Below, piece by piece: positions 15,927-25,063 of a DNA stretch of 32,000 nucleotides; within the stretch, counting starts at the first letter, position 1, and the number at the start of each line of letters is the position of its first letter. The notes below the pieces were generated by a model. That model did no database searches. It saw only the letters and a list, made by a program, of their open reading frames with translations, and had not been told where the DNA came from. Source of the stretch: Dehalococcoidia bacterium (GTDB lineage: Bacteria; Chloroflexota; Dehalococcoidia; Lucifugimonadales; JAGWBF01); NCBI GenBank assembly GCA_021295955.1, contig JAGWBJ010000004.1, positions 1 to 32,000 of the forward strand, in the 5' to 3' direction. Position numbers and translations under genes: made by a program.

Positions 15927-16926
15927 ATGCGCACCCCCAAACCCACCGGGCTCTTCTCTATGGACGATACCGTCAGCCGGCTACTGGAGGGTGATCAGCG
16001 CGCCCTATCGCGGCTCATCTCCCTGGTAGAATCGGGCGACCCACGGGACGCTCGGATCATGGAGGAGGTGCATCCCTACACCGGGACGGCGTACTGTATC
16101 GGTGTGACCGGCCCGCCGGGTGTGGGCAAAAGCACCATCGTCGACCGGCTGACCGAGGCGATGCGAGCCCGTGGCCTGACGGTGGGGATTATCGCCGTCG
16201 ACCCGACCAGCCCCTACAGCGGCGGCGCCTTTCTCGGGGACCGGGTCCGGATGCAGCGGCACTACCTGGACCCGGGCGTCTTTATCCGGAGCATGGCCAC
16301 CAGGGACGCGGCCGGGGGGCTTCCAAGGGTGGTGCTGCGGGCCGTCCGCCTGCTGGGCGCATCGGGGAAGGAATTGGTGGTGGTGGAGGCAGGGGGGGTG
16401 GGCCAGCATGGGGGTGGCGGATACGGTGGCGGTGGTGCTCATGCCCGAGGCCGGGGACGTAATCCAGACCCTGAAGGCCGGCCTGATGGAGATCGCCGAC
16501 GTCTTCGTCGTGAACAAGGCCGACAGGGAGGGGGCGGACAGAATGGTGGCCGCCGTGAGGTCGATGCTGGAGATGGCCGCCGAGCATGGGAGCTGGGTGC
16601 CCCCAGTGGTCTCCACCCAGGCACACAGGAACGAGGGCATCGACCATCTGCTAGGCCGCCTCATGGACCACAAGGAGTCCCTGGCCAGTACATCCAGGCT
16701 GGAAGACAAGAGACGGAAACGGAGGGGGGAGGAGTTTCTGGGAACAATCGAGGAGGAGCTTGGACGCAGGCTAAAGCAACGCATCACCAACGACCCGGCC
16801 ATGAGCCGTGTTCTGCAGAGGGTGGAAGAGGGGCTGACGGAACCTTACTCGGCGGCGGCGAGCCTTCTGGATGGCGCGCTGGACATCTTCAACGAGCCGC
16901 CGCCCGACGTCCGTGGCCCGGACTAG
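15927..16926 (+). pseudogene. meaB: Methylmalonyl-CoA mutase-associated G3E GTPase (MeaB/ArgK), interrupted by a frameshift near 16407
   Basis: The N-part in frame 0 has the P-loop GVTGPPGVGKST, AVDPTSPYSGGA, and VVVEAGGVGQ. The family sequence continues only in frame +1 from 16408 (MGVADTVAVVLMPEAGDVIQTLKAGLMEIADVFVVNKAD...). The frame-0 continuation is Gly/Arg-rich nonsense. Possible starts are ATG 15927 or ATG 15960. Confidence 0.75.
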
Positions 16927-17062
16927 GGAGAGATCGCCGGGACCACCCTCCCATCGCGCCAGGACTCTCGCAGGCATTCTACATTCAACAAAAGACCGGC
17001 AAGAAAGGACCGGCGTCTTCCCGGTACCAGACGCCGGGTTCGGACCCAGCAGGGGAGGAATC

Positions 17063-17710
17063 ATGTCTTTCATGGGCATTGACCTGAGTTCGTCATCCAA
17101 GCGGGGCAGCTACTTCGCTCTGCTAGACACCGAGGGAAGCCTCATCTACCTTGACAGCTTCAAGGCCGTCGACGAGCTCATGGACGTCCTCAGGGCCCAC
17201 AGCCCCGATTTAATCGCCATCGATGCTCCCCTCTCTTTGCCCCTGGGCCTGGACTGTCTCGAAGAGGAGTGCCCCTGCGCCCCGATGCTGGAGCAGAAGG
17301 GCCGCATGTCCGAGCAGGAGCTGGCCAGCATGCACATCGGCTGCTTCTTCACGACCAAGCGCTCCATCATCAAGGGCCTGATCTACCGGGGCTTGGACCT
17401 GAGGCGGGACCTGGAGGCCAAGGGCTACCGGGTGATCGAGGTATACCCCTACGCGACCAAGGTGCTCCTCTTCGGGGGCAAGATGCCCCCCAAGAATACG
17501 GCCCGGGGCCTGGCGTTCCTGAAGGACAAGCTGTCCGGGGTGGTGACCGGGCTGGCCCCCTATCAGTCGGGCCTGAACCACCACGGCTGCGACGCCGTGC
17601 TCTCCGCCTACACCGCGTGGCTTCACCAGGGCGACCGCACCGACTCCCTGGGCGCCCGGGAGGAGGGGCACATCGTGGTGCCTCAGCTCCTTGCCCCCGT
17701 CCTCAGCTAG
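17063..17710 (+). CDS. DUF429 domain protein (predicted RNase H-fold nuclease)
   Basis: FMGIDLSSS, DLIAIDAPLSLP, and C-terminal HHGCDAVLSAYTAW match the DUF429 layout. ATG 17063 is preceded by SD GGGGAGG. The upstream part of the listed ORF overlaps the meaB 3' end and is not supported. Confidence 0.6.
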   Translation: MSFMGIDLSSSSKRGSYFALLDTEGSLIYLDSFKAVDELMDVLRAHSPDLIAIDAPLSLPLGLDCLEEECPCAPMLEQKGRMSEQELASMHIGCFFTTKRSIIKGLIYRGLDLRRDLEAKGYRVIEVYPYATKVLLFGGKMPPKNTARGLAFLKDKLSGVVTGLAPYQSGLNHHGCDAVLSAYTAWLHQGDRTDSLGAREEGHIVVPQLLAPVLS

Positions 17711-17725
17711 GCGGGCGGGGCGCTC

Positions 17726-17754
17726 TTGTCCTGTCCTTCGGGCCGTCCTACAAT
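17726..17754 (+). promoter_or_regulatory. Candidate promoter for hpf
   Basis: TTGTCC (17726-17731), a 17-nt spacer, TACAAT (17749-17754), 36 nt upstream of the ATG. Confidence 0.5.
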
Positions 17755-17790
17755 TAGAGTTGGGGGCTTCCCATCGGGAGTGAACGATCC

Positions 17791-18375
17791 ATGGAGCTTG
17801 AAATACGAGGAAAGAACCTGGACCTCACGGACGTCGCCCGAGACCAGATTTCACGCAAGCTGAGCAGGCTTGGCCGGCGCCTGCCCGAGATATCCACCGC
17901 CGTGGTGGAGCTGGCGAGGGAGAGGTCCCGGTCCCAGAGAGCGCCGGTCGTGGCCCAGGTTACCCTGAACATAGATGGCACCGTCCTCAGGGGCGAGGAG
18001 CGGGGGTCCAACGCGGTGGCGGCCGTCGACGCCGTCATCGACGTCATGGACCGGCGGGTGGAACGCTACAAAGGGAAGGCGTACCGGAGCCAGGTGGTGA
18101 AGAAGTCGGGCCGGAACGCATCCATCAGGACCGAGGGCGCCCCGGCGCCGTCGGAGGCGGAGATCGAGGAAGACGCGGTGTCCGAGGCCGACGGCAGGGT
18201 CGTGCGGACCAAGAGGTTTGCCATCAAGCCCATGACCCTGGAGGAGGCGGCCTTTCAGATGGACCTCCTGGGCCACGACTTCTTCCTGTTCAGAGACGGG
18301 GAGACCGAGGAGTACAACCTGCTGTACAGGCGGCGAGACGGCGACTACGGCCTCATCCAGCCCGAACCCCTGTAA
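17791..18375 (+). CDS. hpf: Ribosome hibernation promoting factor, long form
   Basis: N-terminal RaiA/HPF domain (MELEIRGKNLDLTD...ISRKL..L) and C-terminal dimerisation domain (KRFAIKPMTLEEAAFQMDLLGHDFFLFRDGETEEYNLLYRRRDGDYGLIQP). Confidence 0.9.
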   Translation: MELEIRGKNLDLTDVARDQISRKLSRLGRRLPEISTAVVELARERSRSQRAPVVAQVTLNIDGTVLRGEERGSNAVAAVDAVIDVMDRRVERYKGKAYRSQVVKKSGRNASIRTEGAPAPSEAEIEEDAVSEADGRVVRTKRFAIKPMTLEEAAFQMDLLGHDFFLFRDGETEEYNLLYRRRDGDYGLIQPEPL

Positions 18376-18650
18376 GCCGTCCCCCCGGCAGGGCCGTGCC
18401 GTCGCCGTGAAGGGCTTGCAGCGCCCCCTCCGTCACTCTCGCGGACGGACCTTCGGGTAACTCCAAACGCGTAACTCTAGGCGCGGGCCGAATTACGAGG
18501 GGCGACCGGATGCGCTCGTGCCTAAAGCCCCCGCATTTGGACACCCGCTTCCGCAGGCGTGACGGTTATGCAAGGGTCTCCGGACGCGGGTATCTAGGCC
18601 CACCCCCCCCCTGGATTCCGGCCGGCCCGGAATGACGGTGAAAAGGCGCC

Positions 18651-19523
18651 CTAGGAGTCCTTGTTGCCGTCGCCGCGGCTGCCGCCGTTGCCAAGTCCCA
18701 GGAACGGCTGTAGCATCGACGTGAACTCCATGGGGAAGATGAACTTGGTGGCCGGGCTGTTGCCCAGGGACTTGAGCGTGTCGAAGTACTGGAGACTCAT
18801 GGTCTTCATGTCCACCGTATTGGCCACCTGGTGGATCTTGTCCAGCGCGGTGCTGAAACCCTCGGCCCTGAGGACGGCCGCCTGTTGGTCGCCCTCGGCC
18901 TGTAGTATCTCCGACTGGCGGTCGCCCTCGGCTTTGAGGATGAGGGATTGCTTCTCGCCCTCGGCCCGATTGATCTGGGACTGCCGCTGCCCCTCGGACT
19001 CGGTGATCTCGGCGGTCTTGATCGCCGCCGCCGACTTCTCCCGCTCCATGGCCGCCTTGACGCCTGGAGGCGGGTCCACCTCGTTGATCTCCACCTGGCT
19101 CACCTTGACCCCCCAGCGCCCGGTGACCTCGTCCAACCGGATCTGAAGGGTGTCCCGGATGCGCTCCCTCTCGGACAGGGCCGAGGCTAGGCTCGCGGCC
19201 CCGATGACGGCCCTCAGGGATGCGACCGCTAGGTTAATTACCGCCTGCTCCACGTTTTCCACGTTCAGGACGGCCCTCTGCGCCTCCTCCGGGAGAATCC
19301 GGAAGTAGATGACGAAGTCCATGTCCACGACGACGTTGTCGTTGGTGATATACTTCTGGGTCGGGACCCGCCGGACTCGCTCCCGCAGGTCCACTATTCG
19401 CCCGCTCTCGACTACGGGGATGACCACCCTGAGGCCAGCGTCGGAAACCCTGTCCAGGGCGCCCCACTTGAGCACGACCATCCTCTCGTATTGCTTCACG
19501 ACGACGATGCCTACCGCCATCAC
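18651..19523 (-). CDS. SPFH/band-7 (stomatin-like) protein
   Basis: VKQYERMVVLKWG, YITNDNVVVDMDFVIYFRI, RWGVKVSQVEINEVDPP, and a coiled-coil AEGE/AEGD repeat region. It starts 18 nt after the NfeD stop, with SD GGAGG. Confidence 0.85.
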   Translation of the reverse strand: MMAVGIVVVKQYERMVVLKWGALDRVSDAGLRVVIPVVESGRIVDLRERVRRVPTQKYITNDNVVVDMDFVIYFRILPEEAQRAVLNVENVEQAVINLAVASLRAVIGAASLASALSERERIRDTLQIRLDEVTGRWGVKVSQVEINEVDPPPGVKAAMEREKSAAAIKTAEITESEGQRQSQINRAEGEKQSLILKAEGDRQSEILQAEGDQQAAVLRAEGFSTALDKIHQVANTVDMKTMSLQYFDTLKSLGNSPATKFIFPMEFTSMLQPFLGLGNGGSRGDGNKDS

Positions 19524-19541
19524 AACCTCCTCAGCTTGGAG

Positions 19542-20906
19542 CTACCGTGTCCCTTCGTCGACGGGGGCCACTGTCAGGAGGGTACCGTCGACTCCGAGCA
19601 CCCTGACCGCCTGGCCATTCTCAATAAAGGTATCACCTTCGCTGGTAGCTGTCCACTCCTCGGCGTGCACGTGCACCGTGCCCTGCGGGTCGAGGTCGCT
19701 GGTGGCCACCCCCGTGGCGCCCACGACCTCCAGGATCGTGGGACCGGCGCTCTTGGCCGCACGCCGGGACTGCACCACGGTGCTGTAGAACCATAGGCCC
19801 GCTAGGGTGAAACCGACGGTCAGGCCCACGATGAGCCACAGGTTCACTTTGACGTCGGGCAGTGTAGGAGAGGGAGTACCGAAGCTGGAAAAAAGCAGCA
19901 GGCCTCCTATGACGAACGCTACAATGGAGCCAATGCCCAGGATGCCGAACCCGGCCACGAACACCTCCGCTATAAGCAGCGCCAGCGCCAGCCCTATGAA
20001 GCCGACCGCAGCCCAGTTTACTGGCAGGTTTCCGAAGCTCAGAAAGGCCAGCAGTACTAGGATCACCCCCACCACTCCCGGTATGATGACACCCGGGTTG
20101 AACAGCTCTATCGCCAGTCCCAGCCCTCCCAGGGACAGGAGCAGAAAGGCGATGTCTGGGTGGGCCAGGAAGGAGAGAAACCGTTCGATGATGTTCATGT
20201 TGGTCTCCCGGAGCACGACGCCCCGGGTGTCCAGCATGACGGTCCCGGCCCCCGTCTCTGCCGTGCGGCCGTGTACCTGTTGCAGCAGGTCCGTGAGGTC
20301 GTCAGCGATGAAGTCCACGACCTCCAGCTCCACGGCCTCCGTCGCGTCGTAGGCTATGGCGCTGCGTACGGTGTCCTCCAGCTTCTCCGAGTTCCGGTCC
20401 CGCTGTTGTGCGATGGTCCTCATCAGGGCCGCCGTGTCCTCGACCACCTTCGCCTGCAGGGTCTCGGGGATGTCCTCGCCTCCCGAGGCCACCGGCGCGG
20501 CGGCGCCGATGTTCGTGCCGGGGGCCATCACGGCGAAATTGGCGGCAGCCGTGACGAAGGTGCCCGCCGAGGCCGCGTGGGCGCCACTGGGTTCAACGTA
20601 TACGGCGGTGGGCACCTGGGCGTTGAGCAGGTCTTCGACGATCTTCCGGGTGGAGTCCAGCAGGCCCCCCGGCGTGTTGAGCTTGATGACGACCAGGCGG
20701 GCCCCGTCCTTCTCGCCCCTTTCGATGGTCCGGGATATGTACCGCTGGGTCACGGGGTTGATCATCCCGTCCACACTTGCCACCAGTACGTGGCTCTCCT
20801 GGGCGCCGGCGGGCGCGGCGATGCCCACGGCGCCCAGGACGATCAGGACCGTCGAGAGGGCAAGGAGCGGCCGGCGTAGGAGAGGAACTCTACGTTGGAT
20901 GGCCAT
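19542..20906 (-). CDS. NfeD-family membrane-bound ClpP-class serine protease with C-terminal OB (NfeD) domain
   Basis: Signal/anchor (LLALSTVLIVLGAVGIAAPAGA), ClpP-like domain (INPVTQRYISR..., LNTPGGLLDST, PSGAHAASAGTF), 4-5 TM helices, and a C-terminal OB domain (GVATSDLDPQGTVHVHAEEWTATSEGD). ATG 20906 (MAIQRR) is preferred over the GTG at 20960. Confidence 0.8.
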   Translation of the reverse strand: MAIQRRVPLLRRPLLALSTVLIVLGAVGIAAPAGAQESHVLVASVDGMINPVTQRYISRTIERGEKDGARLVVIKLNTPGGLLDSTRKIVEDLLNAQVPTAVYVEPSGAHAASAGTFVTAAANFAVMAPGTNIGAAAPVASGGEDIPETLQAKVVEDTAALMRTIAQQRDRNSEKLEDTVRSAIAYDATEAVELEVVDFIADDLTDLLQQVHGRTAETGAGTVMLDTRGVVLRETNMNIIERFLSFLAHPDIAFLLLSLGGLGLAIELFNPGVIIPGVVGVILVLLAFLSFGNLPVNWAAVGFIGLALALLIAEVFVAGFGILGIGSIVAFVIGGLLLFSSFGTPSPTLPDVKVNLWLIVGLTVGFTLAGLWFYSTVVQSRRAAKSAGPTILEVVGATGVATSDLDPQGTVHVHAEEWTATSEGDTFIENGQAVRVLGVDGTLLTVAPVDEGTR

Positions 20907-20952
20907 GTACTCCCGTCTTTTTGCTGTCTTCCCGTGTTCGGGTCCTGGTTCA

Positions 20953-20981
20953 ATCATCACGCCGGGTCATGGCGTTGTCAA
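20953..20981 (-). promoter_or_regulatory. Candidate promoter for the NfeD-SPFH operon
   Basis: On the minus strand: TTGACA (plus-strand 20976-20981), a 17-nt spacer, GATGAT (20953-20958). Divergent from the glyA promoter candidate. Confidence 0.3.
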
Positions 20982-21008
20982 CATCACATACGGCCGCCGC
21001 CGCCCGCA

Positions 21009-21038
21009 TTGACTCGCCAATGCACGGGAAGATAAACT
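21009..21038 (+). promoter_or_regulatory. Candidate promoter for glyA
   Basis: TTGACT (21009-21014), an 18-nt spacer, TAAACT (21033-21038). Confidence 0.45.
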
Positions 21039-21104
21039 AGACTTCCGACACCCGCCTCTGCGGTCTTTTTTAGGTCGAAATCGAGAGGCCCGACGAAGGA
21101 ACAC

Positions 21105-22341
<1,237 letters not shown>

Positions 22342-22349
<8 letters not shown>

Positions 22350-22370
22350 TTCGAGGCCGGGTGATATAAT
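22342..22370 (+). promoter_or_regulatory. Candidate extended -10 promoter for rpsF-ssb-rpsR
   Basis: ATGACT (22342-22347), a 17-nt spacer, and TGaTATAAT (TG at 22362-22363, TATAAT at 22365-22370). It overlaps the glyA stop. Confidence 0.5.
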
Positions 22371-22399
22371 CTCTCCATAAGCGTCCATCGGGGTGAAGT

Positions 22400-23023
22400 T
22401 TGCGTCATTATGAGCTGGTAGTTGTGCTGAGTCCCATCCTGTCCCAGGAGGAGGCCGCCGGGGAGTGGGACCGCATCAAGTCCCTGGTGCATCGGAACGG
22501 CGGCGGAGACCCCTACGAAGAGCGTTGGGGCATGAGGAGGCTAGCCTACCCGATAAAGAAGGCTGGGCAGACCTTCCTGGAGGGCAACTATCTCCTCACC
22601 CGTTTCAGCTCGGACACCGTGGTGCCTCCCGAGCTGGAGGGCCACCTGAGGCTTTCGGAGAGCGTCCTCCGGTACCTCCTCACCAAGTCAGGCCCCCCCG
22701 AGTCGACGCCCCCGTCGCCGCAGATGGTCCAGATGGCCCGGGCCGCCGAAATCCGTCAGCAGCAGGCCGCCGCGGCACAGGCCGCCGCCGCTGCTACGGC
22801 CCAGGAGGCCGAGCAGTCCTCCGCTGCCGCTACGGCCCAGGAGGCCGAGCAGTCCTTCGCTGCCGCTACGGTCCAGGAGGCAGAGCAGCCCTCCGCCTCC
22901 GCCGACGTGCTCGAGGAGCAGGCCCCTGCGGATGGCGCGCCCGCCGGCGAAGGCGCGGTCGAGGAGCCGGCGGAAGAGGCCCCGGCGGAAGAGGCCCCGG
23001 CTGCCGCCCAGGAGCCGGAGTAG
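22400..23023 (+). CDS. rpsF: 30S ribosomal protein S6 with a long Ala/Glu/Gln-rich repeat extension
   Basis: MRHYELVVVLSP...WGMRRLAYPIKK...GNYLL...VLRYLL is the canonical S6 core (about 97 aa), followed by a low-complexity tail of about 110 aa. TTG start. Confidence 0.85.
   Translation: MRHYELVVVLSPILSQEEAAGEWDRIKSLVHRNGGGDPYEERWGMRRLAYPIKKAGQTFLEGNYLLTRFSSDTVVPPELEGHLRLSESVLRYLLTKSGPPESTPPSPQMVQMARAAEIRQQQAAAAQAAAAATAQEAEQSSAAATAQEAEQSFAAATVQEAEQPSASADVLEEQAPADGAPAGEGAVEEPAEEAPAEEAPAAAQEPE
22793..22900 (+). repeat. Three 36-nt in-frame tandem repeats inside the rpsF tail (ATAQEAEQSSAA units)
   Basis: The three units are 22793-22828, 22829-22864 and 22865-22900. Units 1 and 2 differ at 1 nt. 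Unit 3 differs at a few positions. A further 15-nt duplication (CCGGCGGAAGAGGCC x2) lies near 22969-22998. Confidence 0.85.
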
Positions 23024-23086
23024 GCCGGCCGGTAGACCCGGTTCCGACCCGGTGACGTACATCATGGAGAGAAGCGGGGCCGCCCT

Positions 23087-23491
23087 ATGACCATGAACAA
23101 GATGATGATCATCGGCAACCTCGGCCGGGACCCGGAAATGAGGTACACGCCAAACGGTCAGGCGGTTACCAGCTTCAGCGTCGCCACCAACTACCGGTAC
23201 ACGACGGCCGACGGCGAGACCCGGGAGGAGACCGAGTGGTTCAACGTCTCGGTCTTTGGACGGCAGGCCGAAACGTGCAACCAGTACCTGGCCAGGGGCC
23301 GCAAGGTGTTCGTGGAGGGGCGGCTGAAGAGCCGCACCTTCGAGGGGCGGGATGGCCAGACCCGTGTTGCCTTGGACATTACGGCCAACGACGTCCGCTT
23401 CATAGACACGGCCTCCAGCAGGTCGGAGGACTTCCCAGGCGAACCCGGCAGGGGCGGCGATGAGATGGGGCCCGACGACCTCCCCTTCTAG
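23087..23491 (+). CDS. ssb: Single-stranded DNA-binding protein
   Basis: OB-fold N-terminus NKMMIIGNLGRDPEMRYTPNG...TEWFNVSVFGRQAE...KVFVEGRL, Gly-rich linker, and acidic tip DDLPF. Confidence 0.9.
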   Translation: MTMNKMMIIGNLGRDPEMRYTPNGQAVTSFSVATNYRYTTADGETREETEWFNVSVFGRQAETCNQYLARGRKVFVEGRLKSRTFEGRDGQTRVALDITANDVRFIDTASSRSEDFPGEPGRGGDEMGPDDLPF

Positions 23492-23521
23492 ACAGCGCTT
23501 ATTGGAGGTATCAACCCGGTC

Positions 23522-23803
23522 ATGTCAACACAGAGAAGGTCCGGTCCAGGGGGCAGGCCTCGCAGGGGACGCTACGGCCAACGGCGAAAGATATGCCACT
23601 TCTGCGTGGACAAGGTCAGCTCCATAGACTACAAGGACACGGCCAAGTTCCGCCGGTTCATATCCGAAAGGTCCAAGATCGAGTCCCGCAGGAAGACCGG
23701 CGTGTGCGCCAGGCACCAAAGGGGCCTCTCGGTGGCCATCAAGCGGGCGAGGCACATCGCGCTCCTGGCCTACACTCCGGCCCATGTCAGGCAGCTAACG
23801 TAA
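23522..23803 (+). CDS. rpsR: 30S ribosomal protein S18
   Basis: CHFC...IDYKD...[32 protein letters not shown] pattern is present. Confidence 0.9.
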   Translation: MSTQRRSGPGGRPRRGRYGQRRKICHFCVDKVSSIDYKDTAKFRRFISERSKIESRRKTGVCARHQRGLSVAIKRARHIALLAYTPAHVRQLT

Positions 23804-24004
23804 CCCGCGCCTGCATCCAACCCCGAGGCGACGCAGCACCGGGCCCCGGGGACCGCGGAGACCGGACCTACGCCAACGACACCCCCACCCGAGGATAGCT
23901 TGGACTCGACCCGCGATAGTCACCCCCCATCTCAGGACCAGGGCGCACCAGCGCGCGAGGACCGGCGCCGGCGGGTCCAGCGGTCTCGAAGCCGGGATCC
24001 CCGT

Positions 24005-25063
24005 ATGGAACGCGCCGCAGGCAAGCCCCGGCGGCGGCTGGCCATAGGGATCGGAGTATTCTTCATCCTGGCCATCGCAGCGGTGGTGGGCTACGGCTAC
24101 TACGACAGGTTCGTAGCCCCCACCAAGGTGCTGGCCGCCAGGGTCGGCAACACCCGATACACCCAGGGCGACCTGGTGGACCGGATGCGCGTGCTTCAGG
24201 CGGACGCCCGCGCCGAAGGGCAGCCCTTTGACCTGGGTAGGACGCCCTTCGAGGTGCTGGACAAGATGTCCGAGGCGGAGGTAATCCGCAGGTTCGCGTC
24301 GGAATACGGGGTCCAGGTGACCGATGAAGACATCGAGTTCGGGCTTCTCCTGCGCTTCTACCCCAGGGTGCCCGAGGGCCAGGAATCGGTGTCCGGCCAG
24401 ATCGAGCAGGAGTACAAGGACACCTACCAGCGGTTCCTGAACGAAAGCCACATCGACGACGAGGCGTACAGGGGCATAGTCGAGGAGACCATATACCGAT
24501 CACGGCTCAGGGCTGCCCTGGGCGAGCTTGTCCCTGCTACGTCGGAGCAGATGGAGGTCCACTGGATCCGCGTCCAACCCCAGGGAGGGTTGCCCATACT
24601 GGGGCAACCCCGGAACGTCTCGCCCGAGGAGGTGCTCCGAAAGCTGGAGACGGCCGACTTCGACGAGGTCGCCATGGAGGTGTCCATTCCCGGACCCTAT
24701 GCCGACCGGGAGGGGTACGTGGGCTGGGTGCCCAGAGGGGCGTTTCCTCGCCTGGACGCCGTGCTGTTCGGGGACGAGTCGACAGACCCTATACCTCTCA
24801 ACCGGCCCAGCGGCCCGGTCCTCCTCGATGATGGCGCCTATATACTAAAGGTGACCGGCGGGCCCGAGGTACGGGAGGTCTCCCAGGTCATGATCGATCG
24901 CCTGAAGGAGCAGGCGCTGGACCAGTGGCTGGGCCAGAAGAAGATCGAGGGGTCCGAGGAGGGGTGGCTGGAGGTGAAGTTCGACAGCAAGATATATGAC
25001 TGGGTGATAGGACAGATGAGGCAGTCGGCCGGACCACCGACTCCCGAGCCCGCCGCCCAGTGA
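24005..25063 (+). CDS. Membrane-anchored peptidyl-prolyl isomerase-like protein (SurA-N/PpiD-like plus parvulin-type domain)
   Basis: Basic N-terminus and one TM helix (LAIGIGVFFILAIAAVVGYGYY), then a SurA_N-like helical region. A parvulin-like segment follows (MEVHWIRV...ADFDEVAMEVS...EGYVGWVPRGAFPRLDAVLFG...GPVLLDDGAYILKV). ATG 24005 is preferred over the TTG at 23900. Confidence 0.65.
   Translation: MERAAGKPRRRLAIGIGVFFILAIAAVVGYGYYDRFVAPTKVLAARVGNTRYTQGDLVDRMRVLQADARAEGQPFDLGRTPFEVLDKMSEAEVIRRFASEYGVQVTDEDIEFGLLLRFYPRVPEGQESVSGQIEQEYKDTYQRFLNESHIDDEAYRGIVEETIYRSRLRAALGELVPATSEQMEVHWIRVQPQGGLPILGQPRNVSPEEVLRKLETADFDEVAMEVSIPGPYADREGYVGWVPRGAFPRLDAVLFGDESTDPIPLNRPSGPVLLDDGAYILKVTGGPEVREVSQVMIDRLKEQALDQWLGQKKIEGSEEGWLEVKFDSKIYDWVIGQMRQSAGPPTPEPAAQ

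Noticed and set aside
16392-16414. Programmed ribosomal frameshifting at the meaB break
   Set aside because: There is no slippery heptamer. The G-rich structure lies at or upstream of the shift site rather than downstream of it. The alignment also indicates missing residues, so a deletion or sequencing error is more parsimonious.
16871-17062. N-terminal extension of the DUF429 ORF
   Set aside because: It overlaps the meaB 3' end and is Arg/Pro-rich. It precedes a good SD plus ATG at 17063, where DUF429 homology (GIDLS...) begins.
16408-17087. Frame-0 continuation of the 15894-17087 ORF as the true C-terminus of MeaB
   Set aside because: After GVGQ it becomes Gly/Arg-rich nonsense. The +1 frame carries the conserved NKAD G4 motif and the MeaB C-terminal dimerisation helices.
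18603-18611. C9 homopolymer as a phase-variation switch
   Set aside because: It lies between two convergent 3' ends, so there is no ORF or promoter spacer whose function it could toggle.
18376-18650. tRNA or other standard RNA gene in the hpf/SPFH intergenic region
   Set aside because: There is no GTTCRANNC T-loop, no acceptor/anticodon stem arrangement, and no match to the tmRNA, SRP or RNase P cores I can recognise.
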